64,000 bases of DNA from Takakia lepidozioides (Eukaryota; Plantae; Bryophyta). Made by a program: the position numbers and the translations under genes. The stretch is from contig CM060733.1 in NCBI GenBank assembly GCA_030704615.1, positions 20,708,001 through 20,772,000 on the forward strand. The letters are read 5' to 3'. The notes under the pieces were generated by a model. That model had not been told where the DNA came from. It saw only the letters and a program-made list of their open reading frames with translations, and searched no databases. Below, piece by piece: positions 51,145 to 64,000 of the stretch (position 1 is its first letter; each line of letters starts with the position of its first letter).

Positions 51145-54100
51145 GATGGCATGTTGCAGGCCAATCCATGGTTGACGGGCAACTTCCCTTATCGGGATGG
51201 GGTCAATTCTCCCTTGGGTTATGTAACTCAAATATGTAGCAATGTGAATTACAAGTTGCTTGTGAGCTGAGAGATTGTTTTCGGAATTTGTATGTATGTA
51301 GCTTTGTTATTTGGCCGCAGATTATAATTCATAATCTATAATCTATCTTGCAAGCTATGGCTGAAGAGGCTGTGGCTGTGGCCAAATTTGTTACTGTTCA
51401 ATTGAATGTGCCTGGTGACTAGAATTCCCGCACTAGTGCTGTGGTGTATCACTTCACAAGGCGGGGAATTTCAATTTAATGTGTCTGGTTTTTTTTCTGT
51501 GATTGGTTTCTTGTTATTTGGAGTGTGTCTGCCTTCCTCTCTGATCACACAATCTGTTGTCCTCCCCCTTCTCATACCAACTGGTTGGCAAAGGTGCCTG
51601 GCTACGAAGATATGGCAAAACCTCATCATAAACCCTACAACTTGTCATACTTCCTGGTCCTTTCAAAGTTCCACACCCTCGTTTTGGATAAGAAAGTGGA
51701 GAAGATCATAGCTGTAAAAATAAGGCACATGTTCCTCAAGGCACATGATCCTCAACACGCTGAAGCCGGGCGCCATTCTAGTCTGAGTTGCTAACAGCCT
51801 TCCAAACACAGTGGGACAATCAAGTGGAACAGCAGCAGACCTGCTATCATACTGTCTTGATTCCCTCTTCAAAGTTAAGCCATCCTTGCATATTGAACTG
51901 CATGCATTAAATCATACACACAAGTAATTTTTGGGCTTGGATGAAGTTGAGAGATACTATCAAACTCTCTGAAGAATTAGGCAGGCAGCACTACAAATCA
52001 CATTTATGTGCTCAATTGAGCGAAGGTAGATTGCTTAGAGCTGCCATTACTGAGGTATATTCTGTTTAGTGAGTTGATTAGTGTCCTGACTTGGGGTACA
52101 GAACCAGCTTGTCTCCTGTAGAGAGGGGAATGATGGGAATGTTGTCTGTTGGCCAGGCTTCGGTCCGCCATACAGGGATCTTCACCAAGGAGCTAGACTA
52201 ATTACCATTGAGAGATGGAGACTTGTATTGTTGGTGTCGATTGCAGTTTTGTAAATGAACTATCAGAGTCAAGCAAAGGAGGATAGAGGTACGCAACCGG
52301 ATGTAGCCATACCATCCACCAGTTAGTCAAATTTCAGGCGCAGACTCTGTTTAAACCCACGCATGTTGGAGAATTGTAGCACAGGCAGGAAAAGCAATGG
52401 GCCTTTCAAAGCCATCTTTCTCACATAGAATGAATAACAGTAGACTGCCTGCACGAAGGTATTCTAGCAATTCCTATCAGAAACAGATAGCAAAATAGAG
52501 TGCATTGTTTTCAAAAACCACTGTCATGATATTGCTGCCTTACTCAAAGTACAGCATACCTATCAGCAGAAAATGAACAAAGAACAGTAATGTGCATGCC
52601 CTCAATCCATGTCATGTGTCCATTGTGAGCTACTCGAGAAACCACAAGGGCAAATCCACATCACATGACTTGGCTGGGCACCTAATGGTAACAACTAACA
52701 CATCCTCTGCCAGTTCTAAACTGCTCAACATTGACATATCGTGGCACCAACCTCTACCCCATCGATGAAAGACTAGCCTTTGCTTGGTGCCTGCCTCCCA
52801 AAGTGGCCATGTCATAAATGAACAAGTACTGATGAAGAGACGAGACCTGTCCCCACAATGACAGCAGCGAGTGGTAAAGTCCTCATAAGTGTACAGTACT
52901 CAGCTTGTACCTAGTTGATATGTTTTCTTTTCTTCTTCTTAGGGCCTGCACCAGAAGAACCTGCATCCATCTTCAAGTTAGGTGGGTCTTGACAGTATTA
53001 AGGGACTTGACAACAGGCCCCCGAGTGGTCAAGTTGGGAGGAGTCTTCACGGTGTTCAGTGACTTCACAACAGGGCCCCGAGCGGCCTTCACAACACCAT
53101 CCCGTGGGATTGAGTTACTCTTATCATGGTGGCTCAGATCGTTGTCTTCATTCGTATCCAAGGGCTTGTGCACGACAACTCTCTTTGATGAGGGGGTACT
53201 TTCACCTGGGCACTTGTCCATATCCTTGTCAATTGATACCTTAGAATCCGCCCTAGTGGTGGGCTTCTTTGCATACTCTGCACTCAATGCCTTGCGAGAT
53301 CTCTTTCGTTCTCGTTTACGCTTCCCTGTTGCTGAACATGTGGACTGACAAGGGCTACAGCTGGGGGGTTCAACACTGGTCCAAGGAGGAGGGGTTGTTG
53401 CTAAGGCATGAGGTACATATACTACCATGGTAATGGAGAACCACCATCCAATTGAGCTGGAATTGCGGGAATGGATATTGGCGGAGCAACAAGGGAGGTA
53501 GCAACTGGTGGAGTGACATGAAATATAGGATCTGAAACTTGTGAGGGGCCTCCACCTATGGTACTTGCAACACAACTGTATCAGAATCAGACTGGGAGTC
53601 GGCCCCAACATCAGTTTCAAATCCCTGTGACCCCAATTCTGAGTCTGATGAGAGGGTTGCCACATGTCCAGTATTTTGGGCACCATCTCTTTCAACCTTC
53701 ACATCCACATAAGGAGGAACAACAGTGGATGGGATTGTCAAGTCCACAACATCTTCATGTGTACTTTGTAGCGTATGTGTCGTGACAATCTCTGGAACAA
53801 ATGCAGCCTGCAGTGGAGATCCAGGAATCTTTTTGGTGGAGAACCAGGAATGAGGAACTTCTTGACATAACCCTTTCCTGAAGCTGAAACTCTTGCATGA
53901 TGGTATCAGGTGTGACATCAACCTCAGGGTTCAACGGTCACCAACAATTGGTGCAACGATCCCCGGCCGCGACAGCCCCAAAGGTGACATTTGAAGAGTT
54001 GACGAGCTTGGAGTTCGAGGGAAGTTTTGGTTCACAGCACTACCACCATGTCCACTTTGGCCTCCACTGTAGTTGTGGTGAATGCGCTATAGTTGGTGGT

Positions 54101-54438
54101 GGCCTGAGATGGAGGTCCTGGTCTTCGTTTGTTGGCATCAATGAAGCCATCATCTGCTATCACACCTACACCATTACAACTGGTTTGAGAAGGCTGAATT
54201 ATCACTTGGTGCCTACTGTCTACCAATACAACATTAACTGTAATTTGAGTCCAGACAAGTCATTGTAGTCCTTACCATTGGCCGAAGTCCCAACAGTTGG
54301 ACTACAATAATTATGTGGGGAGTGCACAGTCCATCATAATGGACTTTTTGTCCCCCATATTAGACTTCCAAGTTCTATGCAGCTGATGGTGGGACTACAA
54401 GCAAGATTCACACTCCCTAATTAGGACTCACACTCCAT

Positions 54439-54938
54439 NNNNNNNNNNNNNNNNNNNNNNNNNNNNNNNNNNNNNNNNNNNNNNNNNNNNNNNNNNNNNN
54501 NNNNNNNNNNNNNNNNNNNNNNNNNNNNNNNNNNNNNNNNNNNNNNNNNNNNNNNNNNNNNNNNNNNNNNNNNNNNNNNNNNNNNNNNNNNNNNNNNNNN
54601 NNNNNNNNNNNNNNNNNNNNNNNNNNNNNNNNNNNNNNNNNNNNNNNNNNNNNNNNNNNNNNNNNNNNNNNNNNNNNNNNNNNNNNNNNNNNNNNNNNNN
54701 NNNNNNNNNNNNNNNNNNNNNNNNNNNNNNNNNNNNNNNNNNNNNNNNNNNNNNNNNNNNNNNNNNNNNNNNNNNNNNNNNNNNNNNNNNNNNNNNNNNN
54801 NNNNNNNNNNNNNNNNNNNNNNNNNNNNNNNNNNNNNNNNNNNNNNNNNNNNNNNNNNNNNNNNNNNNNNNNNNNNNNNNNNNNNNNNNNNNNNNNNNNN
54901 NNNNNNNNNNNNNNNNNNNNNNNNNNNNNNNNNNNNNN
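54439..54938. other. Assembly gap (500 N)
   Basis: Run of N. Confidence 1.
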
Positions 54939-55557
54939 CCATTTTTCCAGTCATGCACGTAATTCGAAGAGCGGATGGATGGAAATCTGACGCCGGATTT
55001 CCATCCGCCAGGTAAGTCAGCGCGCAAAATTTCCGTCATGCAGGTAATATTCGAAGAGCGATCGATGGAAATCCCGGCGCCGGATTTCCATCGATCCGCT
55101 CTTCGAATTACCTGCATGACTTGGAAAATGGCGCCGAATTCCGATTTTGGGTGCCAGTCAGATCTGGGACATAGCCGTTTTCGGCCCCGAACAGGAAAAT
55201 GTTTTTTTTTTTTTTTTTTTTTTCCTGCGCCATTTTTTCATTTCGGGGCGAAAATGGCTAAGTCCCAGATCTGACTGGCACCAAAATCGGAATTCGGCGC
55301 CATTTTTCCAGTCATGCACGTAATTCGAAGAGCGGATGGATGGAAATCCGACGCCGGATTTCCATCCGCCAGGTAATCAGCGCGCAAATTTCCGTCATGC
55401 AGGTAATTCAAAGAGCGGATGGATGAAAATCTCCGGCGCCGGATTTCCATCGATCCGCTCTTCGAATTACCTGCATGACGGGAATGGCGCCGGAATTTCC
55501 GATTTTGGTGCCAGTCAGATCTGGGACATAGCCGTTTTCGGCCCCGAACAGGAAAAT

Positions 55558-55595
<38 letters not shown>

Positions 55596-56408
55596 CCGGC
55601 GCCATTTCTTCATTTCGGGGCCGAAAATGGCTAAGTCCCAGATCTGACTGGCACCAAAATCGGAAATTCGGCGCCATTTTTCCAGTCATGCAGGTAATTC
55701 GAAGAGCGGATCGATGGAAATCCGGTGCCGGATTTTCATCCATCCGCTCTTCGAATTACCTGCATGACGGAAATTTTGCGTGCCGACTTACTTGGCGGAT
55801 GGAAATCCGGCGCCGGATTTTCATCCATCCGCTCTTCGAATTACCTGCATGACCGAAATTTTGCGTGCCGACTTACCTGGCGGATGGAAATCCGGCGCCG
55901 GATTTCCATCCATCCGCTCTCTCGAATTACCTGCATGACTGGAAAAATGGTGCCGAATTTCCGATTTTGGTGCCAGTCAGATATGGGACGTAGCCATTTT
56001 CGGCCCCGAAATGAAAAAATGGCGCCGGAAAAAAATAAAATAAAAAAATAAAAAAATAATAAAGACACGCCATTGTTCTTGTTGGGGCCGAAAACGGCTA
56101 AGTCCCAGATCTGACTGGCACCAAAATCGGAAATTCGGCGCCATTTTTCCAATCATGCAGGTAATTCGAAGAGCGGATCGATGGAAATCCTGCGCCGGAT
56201 TTTCATCCATCCGCTCTTCGAATTACCTGCATGACGGAAATTTTGCGCGCCGACTTACCTGGCGGATGGAAATCCGGCGCCGGATTTCCATCCATCCGCT
56301 CTTCGAATTACCTGCATGACTGGAAAAATGGCGCCGAATTTCCGATTTTGGTGCCAGTCAGATCTGGACTTAGCCATTTTCGGCCCCGGAATGAAAAAAT
56401 GGCGCCGG

Positions 56409-56455
<47 letters not shown>

Positions 56456-57270
56456 ACGCCATTTTCCCTGTTCGGGGCCGTAAACTGCTAAGTCCCAGAT
56501 CTGACTGACACCCAAAATCGGAAATTCGGCGCCATTTTTCCAGTCATGCAGGTAATTCGATGAGCGGATCGATGGAAATCCGGCGTCGGATTTTCATCTA
56601 TCCGCTCTTCGAATTACCTGCATGACGGAAATTTTGCGCGCCGACTTACCTTGCGGATGGAAATCCGTCGCTGGATTTTCATCCATCCGCTCTTCGAATT
56701 ACCTGCATGACGGAAATTTTGCGCGCCGATTTACCTGGCGGATGGAAATCCGGCGCCGGATTTCCATCCATCCGCTCTTCGAATTACCTGCATGACTAGA
56801 AAAATGGCGCCGAATTTCCGATTTTGGTGCCAGTCAGATATGGGACGTAGCCATTTTCGGCCCCGAAATGAAAAAATGGCGCCGGAAAAAAATAAAATAA
56901 AAAAATAAAAAAAATAATAAAGACACGCCATTGTTCTTGTTGGGGGCTGAAAACGGCTAAGTCCCAGATCTGACTGGCACCCAAAATCGGAAATTCGGCG
57001 CCATTTTTCCAATCATGCAGGTAATTCGAAGAGCGGATCCATGGAAATCCTGCGCCGGATTTTCATCCATCCGCTCTTCGAATTACCTGCATGACGGAAA
57101 TTTTGCGCGCCGACTTACCTGGCGGATGGAAATCCGGCGCCGGATTTCCATCCATCCGCTCTTCGAATTACCTGCATGACTGGAAAAATGGCGCCGAATT
57201 TCCGATTTTGGTGCCAGTCAGATCTGGGACTTAGCCATTTTCGGCCCCGGAATGAAAAAAATGGCGCCGG

Positions 57271-57305
<35 letters not shown>

Positions 57306-58118
57306 CACGCATTTTCCCAGTCGGGGCCGTAAACTGCTAAGTCCCAGATCTGACTGACACCCAAAATCGGAAATTCGGCGCCATTTTTCCAGTCATGCAG
57401 GTAATTCGATGAGCGGATCGATGGAAATCCGGCGTCGGATTTTCATCTATCCGCTCTTCGAATTACCTGCATGACGGAAATTTTGCGCGCCGACTTACCT
57501 TGCGGATGGAAATCCGTCGCTGGATTTTCATCCATCCGCTCTTCGAACTACCTGCATGACGGAAATTTTGCGCGCCGATTGACCTGGCGGATGGAAATCC
57601 GGCGCCGGATTTCCATCCATCCGCTCTTCGAATTACCTGCATGACTAGAAAAATGGCGCCGAATTTCCGATTTTGGTGCCAGTCAGATATGGGACGTAGC
57701 CATTTTCGGCCCCGAAATGAAAAAATGGCGCCGGAAAAAAATAAAATAAAAAAATAAAAAAATAATAAAGACACGCCATTGTTCTTGTTGGGGGCCGAAA
57801 ACGGCTAAGTCCCAGATCTGACTGGCACCAAAAATCGGAAATTCGGCGCCATTTTTCCAATCATGCAGGTAATTCGAAGAGCGGATCGATGGAAATCCTG
57901 CGCCGGATTTTCATCCATCCGCTCTTCGAATTACCTGCATGACGGAAATTTTGCGCGCCGACTTACCTGGCGGATGGAAATCCGGCGCCGGATTTCCATC
58001 CATCCGCTCTTCGAATTACCTGCATGACTGGAAAAATGGCGCCGAATTTCCGATTTTGGTGCCAGTCAGATCTGGGACTTAGCCATTTTCGGCCCCGGAA
58101 TGAAAAAATGGCGCCGGG

Positions 58119-58150
<32 letters not shown>

Positions 58151-59551
58151 ACGCCATTTTCCCAGTTCGGGGCCGTAAACTGCTAAGTCCCAGATCTGAC
58201 TGACACCCAAATCGGAAATTCGGCGCCATTTTTCCAGTCATGCAGGTAATTCGATGAGCGGATCGATGGAAATCCGGCGTCGGATTTTCATCTATCCGCT
58301 CTTCGAATTACCTGCATGACGGAAATTTTGCGCGCCGACTTACCTTGCGGATGGAAATCCGTCGCTGGATTTTCATCCATCCGCTCTTCGAATTACCTGC
58401 ATGACGGAAATTTTGCGCGCCGATTTACCTGGCGGATGAAATCCGGCGCCGGATTTCCATCCATCCGCTCTTCGAATTACCTGCATGACTAGAAAAATGG
58501 CGCCGAATTTCCGATTTTGGTGCCAGTCAGATCTGGGACTTAGCCATTTTCGGCCCCGAAATGAAAAAATGGCGCCGAAAAAACAAGAAAACAAAAAAAA
58601 AAACGTCATTTTTCTTGTTCGGGGCCGAAAACGGCTAAGTCCCAGATCTGACTGGCACCCAAAATCGGAAATTCGGCGCCATTTTTCCATTTCTGGGCCC
58701 AGTCAAATCTGGGACTTAGCCATTTTCGGCCCCGACTGGAATAATGGCGCCGAAAAAAAAAAAAAAAAAAAAAAAAAAAACAAACGATATTTCTCTCAGT
58801 TCGGGGCCGAAAACTGCTAAGTCCCAGATCTGACTGGTACCCAAAATCGGAAATTCTGTGCCATTTTTCCATTTCTGGGCCCTGTCAAATCTGGGACTTA
58901 GCCATTTTCGGCCCCGAACTGGAACAATGGCGCCGAAAAAAAAAAAAAAAAAAAAAAAAACAAACGATATTTCTCCAGTTCGGGGCCGAAAACTGCTAAG
59001 TCCCAGATCTGACTGGTACCCAAAATCGGAAATTCGGCGCCATTTTTCCAGTTCAGGGCCCAGTCAGATCTGGGACTTTGCCATTTTAGGCCCCGAACTG
59101 GAAAAATGGCGCCGAAAAAAAAAAAAAAAAAACAGCCATTTTTCTAGTTCGGGGCCGAAAACAGCTAAGTCCCAGATCTGGCTGGCACCCAAAATCGGAA
59201 ATTCGGCGCCATTTTTCCAGTTCGGGGCCCAGTCAGATGTGGGACTTAGCCATTTTCGGCCCCGAAATGGAAAAATGGCGCCATTTTTCCAGTTCGGGGC
59301 CCCGAAAATGGCTAAGTCCCTAGGGTGGCTGGCACCAGAATCGGAAATTCGGCGGCCATTTTAGGCCCCGAACTGGTAAAATGACACCGAAAAAAAAAAC
59401 AAAAACAAAAACAAAACCAAAAAAACGCCATTGTTCTAGTGCGGGGCCTAAAATGGCTAAGTCCCAGATCTGACTGGCACCAAAATCGGAAATTCGGCGC
59501 CATTTTTCCAGTTCCGGGCCCAGTCAGATCTGGGACTTAGCCATTTTCGGC
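54939..59551. repeat. Complex palindromic satellite with ~850-bp higher-order period
   Basis: 85-bp module GAATTACCTGCATGAC...CCGCTCTTC, inverted CAGTCAGATCTGGGACTTAGCC arms around poly(A/T) tracts, GGCGCC-centred palindromes. Confidence 0.95.
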
Positions 59552-62500
59552 AAGTAAATGCAATAAAATGTTGCATTTCAAGTCCACTTGTGCCACATTC
59601 CAACTTCACATGACCCTATTTCCGTGCCTCCTAACCCTATTTCCGTGGACTTACAATGGTCTGCTCATGTTTTTTTTTTTTCCGCTCATGCTCATGCCGC
59701 TCATGAAATAGCAGCCCCCACCTTACTCCATAGGTCCTCGATTTTGGGAATCATACTCTTGTCAGTACAACCCATGTAAAAGTAGCCATTCTTGTTTGCA
59801 GGTTGTCCAAACAACTTTGCACATTGTTCTTTGGTGATGTCTTTGTCTAAGAGAAGTTGTTTGGGATTCTTGCCTGTCGCATTCAGCTTGAGGACATCCC
59901 TGAAGTAATCTGCTGATTTGTGCCCCCCTCTTTCGCCCATAGTATCTTCAGATGCTGCATTGGAACTCTTCCCATTCATAGGTGAATTCTGTAACTTACT
60001 CCCCGACTGCACCATTGTTTTGAACCGCTTCTTGAGTGCCCTACATACTCCCAGCCCCACATTCCCATTAAACTAGTTTTTTACAACTCCAGGTTGGTTA
60101 TGTACGGAGACAGCAACATGAGGGGGCAAGGATGGAGCTACAAACCAACACCCTACCGACATTTCCAGCTTCATGAGAACCAACAAACCAACAAAACAAC
60201 AAACCAACAAACCCTAAACCCTACTGACATTTCCAGCTTCATGACAACCATACTACCTAATTCTGACATGAAATTACCTTTTCAATCAGAGGCCAAGTCT
60301 GGATCGTCTCTGGTTAACGCAAGTTACCCCTTCAAGAAGTGCAAGTGATCCACATAGATGACAAACGTGTTTTCCACACGTTTTCAAATTCTATATTCCC
60401 CCACATGGTGAAGTTTCAGAGAATCAACATTCACATATTGATGATATGCATTGCCATATTCCTCTTCGATCCCAACCAATGATTGACAGAAGGGACAAGT
60501 TCCTTCAATCTAGCGTCATGGTTCAGTTTAGGTAACTAGGTACGCAAGGATGAGTTGGGTTGTCACGTGCTACAACAACAAGAGACTACTCTACCCCTCT
60601 ACCCCACATAGGCTATGAGGTACGCAATAAAAGTGAAAATATGAGTAGGGAACACCAGATTGCACAAAAGCTAAGGGGGTGCCACACCTGTAATGCTTTT
60701 GCAAGATGTGGTGGGAGGTAGCGTGAGGGAGAAATAGTAGCCCCACAAATGTGACAACATATGCAGGCAAGCAGATGGAATCAGAGGATAGTAAAATGTA
60801 AATTCTTCAAGGACTAACATGGCAGCAAGAGAAACCAAACATTTTCAACACAGACACTCAAAATTCCTTGGCAATCAACAATCACACTGTTGGGCCCTTC
60901 TTCTGCACACTAGAAAATAGGTTACTGTCCAGGTCTCCAAAAATGGGATCCACTTGCCCCCCTCACTATAACATAAAAAAGGTAGCTCGTTGGAGAGTAG
61001 TTTGAAGTCATAACAACAAAGATAGGTAACACAAACTCAGGGGTCTGTTCACTTGTTTGAATAGACTGGACTTGGTACCCACTACCAGTGTGACAAACTT
61101 TACATTCAGCTACATATGCTACATCTGCTACTCTTCCCCTACCTCGCTGATATCGTCCCTTTTATAACAACGACCACATTTGGTACAAGCCATATACAAA
61201 TGCAACTTGACAAAAAAAGGCATGCAGTCTCACTTGAAACTAGCCAGCGACAACAGTTCACAAGTCTGCCTGGTAGGCCAGATTAGGCCAGATCCCCTCA
61301 TCCCTCCCCACGATCATTAAATGCCACAATTGTGTGCTCCCTTCCAGCACATATCTTGCTGTGGAGTTCTCTTCCAGTTGTAACTGTGATGAACATACAC
61401 AAAACAGGTCAAACAACTAAATGCAAATTTTGGATATTCTCACTCAAATGTTTCCACTGCAGACGGATTAATACTGAAGTTACAACGACCATGTTGGCCT
61501 ACCTTGGAGTAGGCATTGCCGTGTGAGAGAGCAACTCCAACCATGCCTAAAACTTTAAAATCCATTCAGCTTTCAGTGCCTGATACCAGATACCCTAAGA
61601 TGACAGACTCTATTTCTTGGAAGCAAGACCGTCATGTTAAACAGTTTGAAGTCATGGCAGAAAAATGTAGAGGAGATGTTTCAAGTACCTGAAGTTTGGG
61701 CAGGAAGAACTGACCCTGCTGGATGAAGCTCACTTGGAGGCTGAAGTGTCTAAAGCCACGTCCGAAGCATGAATAATGCTTGAACAAAAACAAGTTAGGA
61801 ATAAACATCCCTGAACTTGTTTCCAGTTTGTGACATGGGTGAACCTTAGGCTGAAAGGCCTACCTATCCTCAGCATTAAACTACAATTTAACCCCAGGGC
61901 GGGGGGTCAATTCTTGAACAAATAACACATGCAGACAGGAAAGGGAGATTGTCAATGCTCGATGTGTGGGCGCGCTGAAGGCAATACCCATTTTCTAAAA
62001 CAGTGTCCCGGGTATTCTCATCAGAGAGCAGACTTTTGTGATCAATCATCGTGCAGGTACCCTCACCGTAATGGTCACATACAAACTGTCATGTATGAAT
62101 GACTGTGCAGCCTAAATTTGTAGGGTTTTACAACATGAATTGCTAGCATGTAGCTCCAAAAATTAGCTCAACTAGACTCACTAACAAGACGTAAGTATAT
62201 CCTTCTCTGGGCAGGGAAAAAAATGGAGAAATACCAACCCAACAAAGAACACACCATAGAGAATGATAAACAAAACAGGCATCACTGTCAAGATTCAAGA
62301 AAGGCAATTAACCACCTGTGTTCAAATGCACAATGCAAGAAGTATAGAATCAGGCGTGAAAGATCGCAGCGGTGGCTCGTACTTGTAGAGTTCAAGTGGA
62401 AAATTACTAGTCATGATCATCATTTGGATGGCAATCTGCCATCTCTTTCCAGGCGCTACGACAGAAACATTCATGCTTGCAGGAACCTAATTCCAGATAT

Positions 62501-63349
62501 GCCGCACACCAAATCGACTGGCCACGAACTTGAACGAAACTTACCAAGGGTAGAGTCAGGCAACAATCAAGTGCTTTTCCAGCGATGGCACACCCGAGCA
62601 CCCCCGCCCAAGCTCCTCCTCTACTCCTCTACCCTCGTGCCTCTGCTGCTATGGCAGCAACACACAATGTTGCACTTTATAAGCTCTGCTCGCATCGCCC
62701 GCTTCCTCTGCTACCACCACCCAAGCGCGCCCATAGAAACACAGAAATGGAAATGAACTTCACGCATGCGTAGAGTTGATGAAACAATCACAAGCTAAAC
62801 CCTAAAAATCTTACAAAATGGTAAGCAAACTTTTGTGATCAAACATTCCCAATCTCTTCCCAATCTCTTCACATTCCCAATCCCAATCAACTCGTACGTC
62901 CTAGCTAGCTTCTAGTTGCGCATCGCGCGTCATACATGGCAGCTCGTCGTCCCCGCGCTTCAGTCTAGCCCAACACGACCAGCCATCTTCCAGCCACCCC
63001 CCGATGAAGGCGACCTCCAATCGACGGTAATAACTTGATGTACAAAAACAATCAACGGCTACAATAAATTCAACTTTTTCCGACTTCGTTCCCGCGTGCT
63101 GCGTTTTCTACTTCATATGTCCATTTTTTATGGACTGCAAGTTGCCGCTTTTGGATGGCCCGTACCATGCTTCTACCCTTTCAAATTTAAAAATTTAAAG
63201 TTACACCCAAAATATCTGGTAACTGGTTCCCGGTTCCCTAAGTTCTATATGGTTTCCTAGGTTCCCTGGCCACGTGCCCTATAATTTCTAGGATTTCAGT
63301 TGTGTTTACAAATGCACCCCCCACAGCTCTTGGTTACCAGTGACCTGCT

Positions 63350-64000
63350 CTCTTCCAGTCGAGATCCGTAGCTATGCCGAGCCTTAATCCTTTGCACCAA
63401 TATCCCCAACAAAAGCAAGAGCACTTACAATGCAACCCCGGAAAGCACCAGAGCTAACTAGCTTGATCAAGAACGCTTACAGCCCTTCATGCGTGCTGAT
63501 TTTTCAAGGTGACAACAACAGATCTGCTATCACTGATTGTGTAAGCCTTTACATGGAGTTGGCACAGGCTGCCCTCAAGTTCTGAATTGTAAACATAGAC
63601 CAAGCAGGTCGTGTAGTGAGCTGGGCCCCTTCAGCTCATATCCCGCTCATACACCAAGTGTCACCTGGTGAGTCCACAGTCTCCCACTCTCATACTCTCC
63701 TGCAACAAACACAACCTTGAGGTTCAATCCTCCAAAACCTGAGGATCGCCAGCCTGGGAGGTTGACACTGTCAGAAAGCGCCCTTCCCTTCCAGCAAATG
63801 GCCTAAGATCTGGTGACCTCGTCTATCCTTCCCTGGACTGCTCTTGCTTGGCCTTTCTCACAGTTGCCTGACATTTGACTACCCTCCAAAGAATCGGGTG
63901 AAGAGAGATGACCAGTAATAGATTGCCTGGAGGCTTGCTGTTGCAAAGGGGCTGGCGTAAGTGCAGCAGCTTGTTGTGCTGGCTCAATGTGGAGTTCAGC
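63350..64000 (-). mobile_element. Probable decayed LINE 3' region (zf-RVT-like)
   Basis: Minus strand gives GCVCCRRV*EWETVDS, resembling the CxxC...ETxxH motif of L1 ORF2 C-termini. Confidence 0.35.

Noticed and set aside
54421-55117. Poly-X ORFs
   Set aside because: Artefacts of translating the N gap.
54939-59551. Many ORFs, and a CRISPR-like look of the regular palindromic repeats
   Set aside because: The ORFs are by-products of the satellite. There are no unique spacers and no cas genes, and the context is eukaryotic.

Overview
Eukaryotic, TE-rich plant nuclear DNA; a bryophyte-like lineage is plausible but cannot be fixed from sequence. The main feature is an 11.3 kb Ty3/Gypsy LTR retrotransposon (1486-12768) inserted into the Myb/SANT gene of a PIF/Harbinger transposon. 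It combines five unusual traits. (1) A DNMT3-like C5 cytosine methyltransferase lies between protease and RT. (2) A PHD finger ends the integrase. (3) Its ends are circularly permuted (A-internal-B-A-B) yet bounded by a clean 4-bp TSD whose removal restores the target ORF. (4) Its PBS is complementary to its own LTR (self-priming). (5) A UAG-CAA-CCA readthrough-type stop follows the methyltransferase. A second, truncated family member (41228-45247) shares the methyltransferase and the stop. The middle of the window holds four spliced HMA-domain genes with a shared exon plan (one without cysteines), a GIY-YIG pseudogene, two MITEs, a foldback element and three tandem tRNA-derived SINE-like units. 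The right part holds a Sola-like DDD transposase, a 500-N gap and a 4.6 kb nested-palindrome satellite. Many TE frameshifts are 1-nt indels and may partly be assembly errors.
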